From Saprospiraceae bacterium (GTDB lineage Bacteria; Bacteroidota; Bacteroidia; Chitinophagales; Saprospiraceae), in the NCBI GenBank assembly GCA_049306275.1, contig JBAQQB010000197.1, positions 58,601 to 122,600 on the forward strand: DNA of 64,000 nt, read 5' to 3'. Below are positions 9,102 through 17,683 of this stretch, one piece after another. The translations under genes were made by a program, and so were the position numbers. Below the pieces are notes generated by a model. The model saw only the letters and a list, made by a program, of their open reading frames with translations, was not told the origin of the DNA and ran no database searches. Position 1 is the stretch's first letter. Each line of letters begins with the position of its first letter.

Positions 9102-10034
9102 ATGCGGCCAAGCGACAAGATCTATGTAGCAGGACACAACGGCATGGTGGGCTCGGCCATCGTCCGCAAACTGCGGCGCGAAGGGTTCGAAAACCTGGCG
9201 CTGCGCACTTCCCGGGAGCTCGATTTGCGCAACCAGCAGGCGGTAAACGAGTTTTTTGCGGCGGAAAAACCCCAATACGTCTTTCTCGCAGCCGCAAAAG
9301 TAGGGGGCATCCTGGCCAACGACACCTACCGCGGGAATTTCATCTACGAAAACCTCATGATTGAGTGCAATGTGATCCATGCCGCCTACCAGCACGGGGT
9401 CAAAAAGCTGCTTTTCCTGGGGTCTTCCTGTATTTACCCCAAAATGGCTCCCCAGCCCCTGAAGGAAGAATACCTGCTGACGGGCTTGCTGGAGCCCACC
9501 AATCAGCCATATGCCATCGCCAAGATTGCGGGAATCGAGATGTGTAATGCCTACCGGGCACAATACAATTGCGACTTTATCTCCGTGATGCCCACCAATC
9601 TCTACGGTCCTAACGACAACTTCGATCTGGAGACCTCCCATGTGTTGCCGGCTTTGCTGCGCAAATTTCACGAAGCCAAAAAATACCACGAGCCCTCTGT
9701 GACCCTTTGGGGATCGGGCACGCCCCTGAGGGAGTTCCTGCATGTCGACGACCTGGCCGACGCCTGTTTCTACCTCATGCAGACCTACAACGAGCCGGGC
9801 CTGATCAACATAGGAACGGGAGAAGATATTGCCATCAAGGACCTCGCCCTGCTCATCAAGAATATTGTGGGCTACGGAGGCGCCATCGAACACGACCTCT
9901 CCAAGCCCGATGGCACGCCCCGCAAACTGCTGGATGTGAGCAAGCTGGCCAAGGCCGGCTGGAAGGCCAAAATACCACTGAAAGAAGGCATCAGAGGCGT
10001 ATACGAAGGATTGAAAAACGAACCCTGGTACTGA
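9102..10034 (+). CDS. fcl: GDP-L-fucose synthase
   Basis: Start chosen at ATG 9102 ([20 protein letters not shown]); the listed ORF start 9060 lies inside gmd. YAIAKIAG catalytic motif. Confidence 0.93.
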   Translation: MRPSDKIYVAGHNGMVGSAIVRKLRREGFENLALRTSRELDLRNQQAVNEFFAAEKPQYVFLAAAKVGGILANDTYRGNFIYENLMIECNVIHAAYQHGVKKLLFLGSSCIYPKMAPQPLKEEYLLTGLLEPTNQPYAIAKIAGIEMCNAYRAQYNCDFISVMPTNLYGPNDNFDLETSHVLPALLRKFHEAKKYHEPSVTLWGSGTPLREFLHVDDLADACFYLMQTYNEPGLINIGTGEDIAIKDLALLIKNIVGYGGAIEHDLSKPDGTPRKLLDVSKLAKAGWKAKIPLKEGIRGVYEGLKNEPWY

Positions 10035-11110
10035 TGAACCATACCTATGTAGCTATCATGGCGGGGGGAGTGGGGAGCCGCTTCTGGCCCGCCAGCCGCA
10101 CCGAGCGGCCCAAACAATTCCTGGACATTCTAGGGGTGGGGAAATCCTTGCTGCGCCTCACTTTCGAACGCTTTTTGAACCTGTGTCCCGCCGGCCACAT
10201 TTTTATCGTCACCAACCGCCAATACCGCGATCTGGTGCTGGAGCACCTGCCAGAACTGGATCCCAGCCAGGTGCTCTGCGAGCCTTCGCGCAACAATACC
10301 GCCCCTTGCATCGCCTATGCGGCATTCCGGATCAACGCCATCGATCCCGATGCCAACCTGATCGTCGCTCCCTCCGATCACGTCATTCTCGACCAGGCAA
10401 CTTTTCTCAAGACCGTTCAACAAGGCCTGGATTTTACCGCGAAAGAAGAGGCCCTGCTCACCCTCGGCATCCGTCCCACCCGGCCCGATACGGGGTACGG
10501 ATATATCCGTTATGAGAGCGCGGAGGCGGCGCCTGGCATACACCCGGTGGCGCAGTTTACGGAAAAACCGGGCAAGGAAAAGGCAAGCGCCTTTTTAGCC
10601 AGCGGCGATTACCTCTGGAACGCGGGTATTTTCCTGTGGCGCACAGCAGTTGTACTCCGCGCTTTTCAGCAACACGCTGCAGCGATTCACGAGATATTGG
10701 GGTGTGAACCGGAGGTTTACAACACGCCGGGCGAGCAGGCCTTCATCGACCGGCAGTACCCTTTGACGCCCAACATTTCCGTCGACTTCGCCATCATGGA
10801 AAAGGCTTCGAACGTCTTTGTCATGCCCTCCTCTTTTGGATGGTCGGACCTGGGCACCTGGGCCTCCCTGCACGAAGAATCGCCAAAAGACGAGGACGGG
10901 AATGTGGTGCAGGGAAAAAAAGTAGTGCTGAAGAACGTAGCGGGCTCTCTGATCCGCGTACCGGCTGAAAAAATAGTCGTCATAAAGGGCCTGGAAGACT
11001 ATATCGTCGTAGACGAAGGAGACATCCTCATCATTTACCCCAAATCCGAAGAACAGGAGATCAAGCAAGTGACGGAGGAGATACGCCGCCGTTTTGGAAC
11101 AGCGTACTAA
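10034..11110 (+). CDS. manC: Mannose-1-phosphate guanylyltransferase
   Basis: Start at ATG 10034 overlapping the fcl stop (TGATG). [22 protein letters not shown] nucleotidyltransferase motif. The upstream 109 aa of listed ORF 9707.. lie out of frame inside fcl and are Arg/Pro-rich junk. Confidence 0.88.
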   Translation: MNHTYVAIMAGGVGSRFWPASRTERPKQFLDILGVGKSLLRLTFERFLNLCPAGHIFIVTNRQYRDLVLEHLPELDPSQVLCEPSRNNTAPCIAYAAFRINAIDPDANLIVAPSDHVILDQATFLKTVQQGLDFTAKEEALLTLGIRPTRPDTGYGYIRYESAEAAPGIHPVAQFTEKPGKEKASAFLASGDYLWNAGIFLWRTAVVLRAFQQHAAAIHEILGCEPEVYNTPGEQAFIDRQYPLTPNISVDFAIMEKASNVFVMPSSFGWSDLGTWASLHEESPKDEDGNVVQGKKVVLKNVAGSLIRVPAEKIVVIKGLEDYIVVDEGDILIIYPKSEEQEIKQVTEEIRRRFGTAY

Positions 11111-11119
11111 TAAATCAAA

Positions 11120-12292
11120 TTGTTGAAGCAACTGCCGAAAACAATAGCCCTTGTCGCCAACACGAGTTGGAACCTCGTGCATTTCCGGTACTCCCTGGCA
11201 GAACGGCTTCAGGAGAGAGGCTACCGCGTGCTGGCTATCGCGCCGCCGGGACCTTACTCCCAAAAGCTCCAGACCTTTCCCTTTTCCCGTTATTACCCCT
11301 GGACCCGCCTGAAAGCCCATGGCCGCAATGCCGTGGAAGAATGGCTGGCGATGCGTGAGTTGCGCCAGCTTTACAAGACCCTGGCGCCTGATCTGGCGCT
11401 TCATTTCACCATTAAACCCAATTTGTATGGTTCCTGGGCAGCCCGGCGCCTGGGCATTCCGTCCATCAGCACCATCACCGGCCTGGGTTATCCCTTTTTG
11501 CACCCCGAGGGAAGCAGCAGGGCTGTTCCCTACCTCTACCGCAACGCCCTTCGCGGATCGTCTGCTGTTGTTTTTCAGAACGAAGACGACCATGCCCTGT
11601 TTTTGCAGAGAAAGCTGGTCGACCCCGGGAAGGCCCGCCTGATCCGCGGTTCGGGGGTCGACACCCGTTTTTTTCAACCACAAGAAGGGGCTTTTGCCGG
11701 CGGGCGGCCCTTCACCTTTTTCTTCGCGGGGAGGTTGCTGCGGGACAAGGGCATTCTGGAATACCTGGAAGCAGGGCGCCGATTGGCGGAGTTTTATCCA
11801 ACGATCAATTGCTGGATTGCCGGAGAGCTTGAGCCTGAAAACCCGGCGGCCCTCAGCCAGGCGCAGCTGGAGCCCTACTTCTCTCACCCGGCCTTCCATT
11901 ACTGGGGATTTCAGGAAGACATCCGCCCGCTAATGGCCCGCTCGGATGTCTTCGTGTTGCCATCGTACCGGGAGGGCATCCCCCGGGCGGTGCTGGAAGC
12001 CATGGCGATGGGAAAGCCGGTCATTACCACCGAAGCGGCGGGTTGCAAGGAAACGGTAGCGCATGGAGAGAATGGATTCCTCGTGCCGGTGGGGAATGTC
12101 CAGGCCCTGTTTGGGGCCATGGTGGAAATGATGGAAATGGGAAGACCCGTTTTGAGCAAAATGGGCGAAAGAAGCAGGGAAAGAGCCATTGCCCAATTCG
12201 ACATACAAGCCATCAACCAGCAATTTCTGGACCTGGTAGAACAGTTACTGGCCTATGGGATCGCAGCGCGCGCAAGTTCAATCGTACTTTGA
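11120..12292 (+). CDS. Glycosyltransferase family 4 (GT-B fold)
   Basis: 390 aa, TTG start. N-terminus IALVANTSWNLVHFR and C-terminal YREGIPRAVLEAMAMGKPVITTEAAG (EX7E region). Confidence 0.85.
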   Translation: MLKQLPKTIALVANTSWNLVHFRYSLAERLQERGYRVLAIAPPGPYSQKLQTFPFSRYYPWTRLKAHGRNAVEEWLAMRELRQLYKTLAPDLALHFTIKPNLYGSWAARRLGIPSISTITGLGYPFLHPEGSSRAVPYLYRNALRGSSAVVFQNEDDHALFLQRKLVDPGKARLIRGSGVDTRFFQPQEGAFAGGRPFTFFFAGRLLRDKGILEYLEAGRRLAEFYPTINCWIAGELEPENPAALSQAQLEPYFSHPAFHYWGFQEDIRPLMARSDVFVLPSYREGIPRAVLEAMAMGKPVITTEAAGCKETVAHGENGFLVPVGNVQALFGAMVEMMEMGRPVLSKMGERSRERAIAQFDIQAINQQFLDLVEQLLAYGIAARASSIVL

Positions 12293-12968
12293 CCGGCTGG
12301 CGCCCGGCTACCGGTCGCGCTATGAAGGCGGGCAGGCATTTTTGCAATATCTCTACGAAGACAGGCTGGAAAAAGCCCTGGAGGGCTGGAACCCCCTGGG
12401 CAAAACCGTGCTGGACATCGGAGCCGGCACGGGCATTTTGTACGACCGCCTGCCACAAGGACAGGACTATTACGCCTGCGATATCTCCGGGGCGATGCTG
12501 GAGCAGAGCGCCGTTCCGGAAGAGCGGCGGCGGGTGGGCGCCCCGCAGGAGTGCGATTTTCCAATATCTTCGTTCGACGCCATATTTGTGCTAGGCGTCA
12601 CGACCTATCTGACGGGGCCGGAGTTGGCGGAAATGATAGGTTTCATTGCAGAAAAGCTGAGGCCCGGCGGCAGGGCGGTGCTGAGTTTCACCAACGGGGC
12701 CTCGCTCGATTTCCGGTTGCGGCAATGGGTTTTGCCAAAGCGGTTGGGTAAGGCATTTGCCATTCACGCTTATACGCCAGAGCATGTTGCAGGCATGCTG
12801 CCTGATACACTCCGGATGGAAGAGATCAAATGGCTGAACGCCACGGTTTTTCCTTTCAGCCGTTTGCTGCCGCGTCTGTCTGTATGGTTGTCCCGCAGGT
12901 TACTGGGCTCCCGAATCATAAAACGATGGATGTGCGGCGATTTTCTGGTGATTCTAGCTCTTCAATAA
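12255..12968 (+). CDS. Class I SAM-dependent methyltransferase
   Basis: 237 aa with motif I VLDIGAGTGILYDRL. Overlaps the preceding GT4 gene by 38 nt, so the start is uncertain. Confidence 0.78.
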   Translation: MGSQRAQVQSYFDRLAPGYRSRYEGGQAFLQYLYEDRLEKALEGWNPLGKTVLDIGAGTGILYDRLPQGQDYYACDISGAMLEQSAVPEERRRVGAPQECDFPISSFDAIFVLGVTTYLTGPELAEMIGFIAEKLRPGGRAVLSFTNGASLDFRLRQWVLPKRLGKAFAIHAYTPEHVAGMLPDTLRMEEIKWLNATVFPFSRLLPRLSVWLSRRLLGSRIIKRWMCGDFLVILALQ

Positions 12969-14183
12969 GGCTGCATAGGCATTAGCAATGGACGAAGGAG
13001 AAAACAAGTTTTTCCATTTACTGCCGGTTTGTTGCCTGCGCAGCATATCCAGGTCGGGCAAAGGATTTTGCCCAACAATCGGAATGGAAAGTATGCCGGG
13101 AACATTTTTCACCAATTCCAGACCCGGATCATCCGGCGTTTGCAACAGATGCAGGACGGGCCTTCCCGAAACGAGGTAGTCGGCCCATTTGCTGGGCAGT
13201 TGGAAGCTGGTGGTATTGCCCAGCATGACGAGGATGTCCATCTGGTGCATGGCGTCTATGACCTGTTCCCGGGCTACTGTACCATGAAATCGCAGGTGAG
13301 GTTTCAACTGTGGAAAGCGGTCGAAAACGGGCCAAAAATTTTCAAAAACGGTTCCGAAGATATGCAGTGTCCAGTCTTTCCGTGAATGGCTGACTTGTTC
13401 GAAAAATCGGAGAATAGGCTCCGGTTCGCGGATTTTGGGGAAAAAGCTGCCGAAGTAACCTAGTTGGAGAGGAGAGGCGGTTGTTGTTTTTTCAAATGGA
13501 GCGGATCCTGCGGGTGAGGCGACCGGAGGGATGACGTGTAAAGGGGTTTCGGTGCAGATTAACTGATAGGTCTTTTTGAGTCCTTCGTTGGTCACAGCCA
13601 CCAGATCGGCGGCTTGGAGTACGGCGAGTTCAGCGGCACGGTTTTTCTTATCGTAAAGCCAGGGGTTGTTCAGGGGATGGTCGCTTTGCACAAGCGGGTC
13701 GCCGATATCGGCGAGCCAGCGCAGCTTGGGGTAGCGCTTTTTAATAGACATGGCCACCCAATGCGCGCTGAAGGGGAGCGAAACGCTGACCATGGCGTCG
13801 AAGGGCATTTCATGCAGTAGTTCCCGGGCTTTTTTGCGTGCTGGCCTGATCCAGAGCCAGGCGTCGTCGGGCCAGTACCAGGTCTTGAGGGCATAACGGT
13901 TGACCGCAGCCATAAACAATGAAAATTTTCCTGATCTCCCGGGGGCGTCTCTTCTCGGCGCCGCGGGGAAGAGGCCATAGACCGCTTCTTTAACCGAGTT
14001 AAACCCAGCCGGGTGCAGAAAGATGCCATCCTGGGGTGTACTGCTACGCAGATCAGGATGGTGGGAGCAAACAGCGTGCACCTCCCATCCTTGCGCGGCC
14101 CAGATGTGTGCGATGGCCGTCCAGCGATGCGCTCTGGGATTTTGGTAGGGAAAGAAGTGGGGGGTGAGGAGGAGGAGGCGCAT
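12954..14183 (-). CDS. Glycosyltransferase (GT-B fold, GT4-like)
   Basis: 409 aa. MRLLLLTPHFFPYQNPRAHRW N-terminus and a C-terminal Rossmann half (HIFGTV...ILVMLGN...GRPVLHL). Converges on the methyltransferase gene with a 15-nt overlap. Confidence 0.68.
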   Translation of the reverse strand: MRLLLLTPHFFPYQNPRAHRWTAIAHIWAAQGWEVHAVCSHHPDLRSSTPQDGIFLHPAGFNSVKEAVYGLFPAAPRRDAPGRSGKFSLFMAAVNRYALKTWYWPDDAWLWIRPARKKARELLHEMPFDAMVSVSLPFSAHWVAMSIKKRYPKLRWLADIGDPLVQSDHPLNNPWLYDKKNRAAELAVLQAADLVAVTNEGLKKTYQLICTETPLHVIPPVASPAGSAPFEKTTTASPLQLGYFGSFFPKIREPEPILRFFEQVSHSRKDWTLHIFGTVFENFWPVFDRFPQLKPHLRFHGTVAREQVIDAMHQMDILVMLGNTTSFQLPSKWADYLVSGRPVLHLLQTPDDPGLELVKNVPGILSIPIVGQNPLPDLDMLRRQQTGSKWKNLFSPSSIANAYAALLKS

Positions 14184-14185
14184 GG

Positions 14186-15673
14186 TCAGCGAAACAGATT
14201 GGTGATCAATGATCTGTCAAATAGCCAGATGGTTGGAAGATACACAAATAAGGCGGAAATAAGTCCCATGGCCAGGACAGCCAGTGGTGAGGAAAACCAA
14301 TACAAGCACAACAACAAAGCCAGGGAGAATGGAATACACAAAATCAGCCTGCGCAACAGGACCATCAGCAACTGGCGGATATGGATATTTCCCTGCCTCC
14401 TCAAAAGGTTTGACCAGACGGGGAAAAGAAAGCCCATCGCCACTACTTGAGCCAAAGCTGCCGATTCAATAGAAGGTGATTGGTTCAGGAAAAGAACGAT
14501 AGACAGGAAAATGGCGCCGGTAGAAATGAGGTTCCAGAGCAGATTGTAATCGGCTCTTCCTCTGGCCAAAAAGACTCCCGCCCCTGTGTTGGCGACGACT
14601 TTTTCCAATCCCAAAATACCTAGCAGGGAAAGACAGACGCCGGCGCTTGCCCATTGGAGGCCAAAAAAAGCGATAAGCAACGGCGCAGCCAGCATACTTA
14701 TGGCGATCAGAAGGGGCAGGTTGAAGGCTAATAGTGGACGGGTCATTTCCATAAAATAATGATTCAGACGACCGGGCTGATCCTGCAATTTGGCAAAGAG
14801 CGGGAAAGAGACCTTCGTAAAAACCGGGTTGATTTTGGAAAGCGGGGTCATTGCCAGTTCCCAGGCAATAAAGTAAAGCCCCAGATCGTGAGCGCTCAGG
14901 AAACGACTCAGGATGGCTTTATCGAGCACGCCGTGTAGTGCGTAGACCAGGTTGTTAACGGTTTCAAAAGAGGCGAATTTCAACATGGGTTTGACCTGAC
15001 CGATTTGGAAGGTCAAAGAGGGTGCATGATTTTTCCCCAGCCATCCGGAAGCAATTGTAGTTAGCAGTTGCCGGGCGAAGAAGCCCCAGCAGACAGATAA
15101 GGCTCCCCAGCCACGATACGCCAGCCAAACGGAAGTTATGAGATCAGCCAATGCCCCTGCGACCTGGATGAGCGCAAGTTTATCAAACCTCATCTGCCGG
15201 GTGAAAAGCGCCTGAAAGGCATTGCCGGCGGGAGCGAACGTGAAAGATAGTCCGCAAACAAGCAGCAGTGCGGATATTTCAGGCACGTCAAAAAAAGCGA
15301 CCCAAAGGGGGGTGGAGAGGTAGACGCCCGCAAATGTCAGGACGCCAAGCGCCATCTGTATCCAGAAAAGCGTGGAGAACTGTTCCCGGGAAATCTCCTT
15401 TTGCTGGATGACCGACTGCCCGATGCCTCCCGAAAAAACCGGGACGGCGCAGCGCACCACCACCCAGGCCATGGCCATCCATCCGAAATCAGCAGGCGTC
15501 AGGAGACGGGCCAGCCAGACCATCTGCAGAACCTGTAGAATGGCAGCTATTCCAGAGGAAATGGCATTCCATCTCAGGCTCAGGATCGCCCGGTCATTTA
15601 ACCCCTTCAATTGGTTTTTAGCAGACAATTGACCAACTTTGATGGTGGTTAAGTTATCCAAATTCACCAACAT
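14186..15673 (-). CDS. wzx: Wzx-type oligosaccharide flippase (MOP superfamily)
   Basis: 495 aa, about 12-14 hydrophobic segments, polysaccharide-biosynthesis-protein layout, inside a glycan locus. Exact start uncertain: it shares a CATG with the divergent gene. Confidence 0.8.
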   Translation of the reverse strand: MLVNLDNLTTIKVGQLSAKNQLKGLNDRAILSLRWNAISSGIAAILQVLQMVWLARLLTPADFGWMAMAWVVVRCAVPVFSGGIGQSVIQQKEISREQFSTLFWIQMALGVLTFAGVYLSTPLWVAFFDVPEISALLLVCGLSFTFAPAGNAFQALFTRQMRFDKLALIQVAGALADLITSVWLAYRGWGALSVCWGFFARQLLTTIASGWLGKNHAPSLTFQIGQVKPMLKFASFETVNNLVYALHGVLDKAILSRFLSAHDLGLYFIAWELAMTPLSKINPVFTKVSFPLFAKLQDQPGRLNHYFMEMTRPLLAFNLPLLIAISMLAAPLLIAFFGLQWASAGVCLSLLGILGLEKVVANTGAGVFLARGRADYNLLWNLISTGAIFLSIVLFLNQSPSIESAALAQVVAMGFLFPVWSNLLRRQGNIHIRQLLMVLLRRLILCIPFSLALLLCLYWFSSPLAVLAMGLISALFVYLPTIWLFDRSLITNLFR

Positions 15674-16634
15674 GCCCCCCGCTGATCCAAAAGAAATTTA
15701 CGCCAGCCTGGCTTTGAAGGAGTCTTTCCCCTTCCACGGCCAGCCCTGGTGGCTGGATGCCGTCTGCGGGCCGGAAGGCTGGGGGGCTGCTATCGCCTTT
15801 GATGATGATGGGAGCCCTATCGGGGCATTGCCCTTTGGGAAGACGCTTGGGAAGGGATTTTCCTTAATTAGAATGCCACGTTTTTCTTCCTACCATTATA
15901 TCTGGCTTCAGGATATGAACGCTACCCGGAATGTCAGCAAATACCATTGGGAACACAGGATATTGAACGATCTGATAGGACAAATTCCCAAGTTCTGGAT
16001 AGTCGGCCAGCAATACACCCCTTCCTTCTCAAATGGTTTGCCCTTCGCCAATGCAGGTTTTCGCCTCCTGGTAAGATATACCTACCAGATTGAGCCGAAC
16101 CATGGGATTGACCAGTTGTGGCAGAACATGGAGTCTGCTTCGCGAAACCTCATTAGAAAAGCCAAAGGGTTGGTCAGGATCAGCACTGACGCAACGCCGG
16201 CAGAGTTATTTGGTATTATCGAATTGAGTTATACCCGCAAGGGGAAGAAATGCCCCTTCCGGTTCGAAGATCTTTTGGCGATTGATTCGCTGTTGGAGGC
16301 CCGAAATATGCGCACTATCTATAAAGCTACAGATGAAGAGGGTAAAATACATGCCGCTTCTTATGTTGTATGGGATACCAGTATGGCGCATGGTTTATTA
16401 AGTGGGCTGCACCCTGGCTTTCGCCAAAGCGGCGCCTTGTACCGGATTTATTGGCATGCTATAAAAGATGCCCTGAAGAGAAAAACAGGGTTCGACTTCG
16501 AAGGCTCCATGCACCCGCCCATCGAACGCGTGTTCCGCTCCTTCGGCGCCCGGCGCGTGCCCTACCTGCGGGTCGTCCGCTACCGGAACCGCCTCTTTGA
16601 GGCGATGGCCGTTTTACTCGGCAAAAATCATTGA
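15672..16634 (+). CDS. FemAB/CelD(BcsL)-like GNAT-fold acyltransferase
   Basis: About 320 aa; overall resemblance to the FemAB-like Acetyltransf_6 family found in EPS loci. Alternative starts at 15639 (TTG) and 15642 (ATG) would overlap wzx. Confidence 0.55.
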   Translation: MPPADPKEIYASLALKESFPFHGQPWWLDAVCGPEGWGAAIAFDDDGSPIGALPFGKTLGKGFSLIRMPRFSSYHYIWLQDMNATRNVSKYHWEHRILNDLIGQIPKFWIVGQQYTPSFSNGLPFANAGFRLLVRYTYQIEPNHGIDQLWQNMESASRNLIRKAKGLVRISTDATPAELFGIIELSYTRKGKKCPFRFEDLLAIDSLLEARNMRTIYKATDEEGKIHAASYVVWDTSMAHGLLSGLHPGFRQSGALYRIYWHAIKDALKRKTGFDFEGSMHPPIERVFRSFGARRVPYLRVVRYRNRLFEAMAVLLGKNH

Positions 16635-16636
16635 TC

Positions 16637-17683
16637 ATGGACCCTGCATTTCCCTTCGAACAAAGCGCACGCGCCGCACTCAACTGGATCGCACGAAGTA
16701 TCGACGCCAACGAAGGGCGCGGTTCGTCTGCTCACCTCTTTCTGGGGAAATGGTCGCCTCCCTATCCCGAAACCACGGGCTATCTCATCGAAACGCTGCT
16801 CGACTACTCCGCTTTTCTCGACGAATCCCGCTGGCGGGATTACGCCCTCCACTGCGGCGAATGGCTTCTCTCTGTTCAACACGCAGACGGCAGCTTCCCC
16901 TCGCTTTACGCTAATTCCGGCCAACCCAGCGTCTTCAACACCGGCATGATCCTCTTCGGACTGGCCCGTTTATATGAAATTGAAGTGGAAAAATACTCGG
17001 CGCCCCTCCGCCGCGCCACCGCCTGGATGCTCTCCCAACTGGAAGACGACGGCTCCTGGACGGGCTATTCCTACGTTCCCGGATTCATCCCCTCCTACTA
17101 CACCCGGGCTGTATGGGGCGTCCTGGAAGCCGGCCGCACCCTCGGTGATCCGGCCGCCAGTGCTGCCATGGACAAGGCGCTCTCTTTCTATGCTAACCGG
17201 TTTAAAGAAAACGGCTTCGTCAAGGATTGGGGCTTCCATCCCGGTAAACCGGCATTCACCCACACTATCGCCTATACCTGGCGCGGCTTCTGGGAGGCGG
17301 CAAGCCTGCTGCAACGGCCGGATATTCTGCAAAAGGTTCAAAACGGACTTGCCGTGTTGGGTGACATGGAGCAACTCCCCGGCAGGATCGCCACTGACGG
17401 CTCACCCGATTTTTCCTTCTTCTGCCTCACGGGAAATGCCCAGCTCAGCGTGCTGGCCGCCAGGATTTTTGAACACACCGGCGACGAGCGTTTTTTGAAA
17501 ATGGCGGAACGGTTTTTTCTGGAAACGGCCGCCCATCAGGTGAAAAGAACGAAGAGCGCCTACTACGGCGGCATCGCCGGGTCTCACCCGCTATGGGGTC
17601 CTTACCAGCGGATGCGCTACCCCAACTGGGCCGCGAAATTCTTCCTCGACGCCTGCCTGCTGCTGTGGCGGCGCACTAAATAG
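16637..17683 (+). CDS. Prenyltransferase/terpenoid-cyclase-repeat (alpha/alpha toroid) protein, function unknown
   Basis: About 348 aa. QW-like repeats LSVQHADGSFPS and LSQLEDDGSWTG. The listed TTG start 16631 overlaps the upstream stop (TTGA); the chosen ATG 16637 lies 2 nt past it. Confidence 0.55.
   Translation: MDPAFPFEQSARAALNWIARSIDANEGRGSSAHLFLGKWSPPYPETTGYLIETLLDYSAFLDESRWRDYALHCGEWLLSVQHADGSFPSLYANSGQPSVFNTGMILFGLARLYEIEVEKYSAPLRRATAWMLSQLEDDGSWTGYSYVPGFIPSYYTRAVWGVLEAGRTLGDPAASAAMDKALSFYANRFKENGFVKDWGFHPGKPAFTHTIAYTWRGFWEAASLLQRPDILQKVQNGLAVLGDMEQLPGRIATDGSPDFSFFCLTGNAQLSVLAARIFEHTGDERFLKMAERFFLETAAHQVKRTKSAYYGGIAGSHPLWGPYQRMRYPNWAAKFFLDACLLLWRRTK

Noticed and set aside
9707-10033. 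109-codon N-terminal extension of manC in the ORF track
   Set aside because: It lies out of frame inside fcl and is Arg/Pro/His-rich. The conserved nucleotidyltransferase N-terminus begins at ATG 10034, which overlaps the fcl stop.
10595-11899. 434-aa minus-strand ORF spanning manC and the GT4 gene
   Set aside because: It crosses an intergenic boundary on the opposite strand of two well-supported genes. The product is Arg/Pro/Gly-rich with no motifs.
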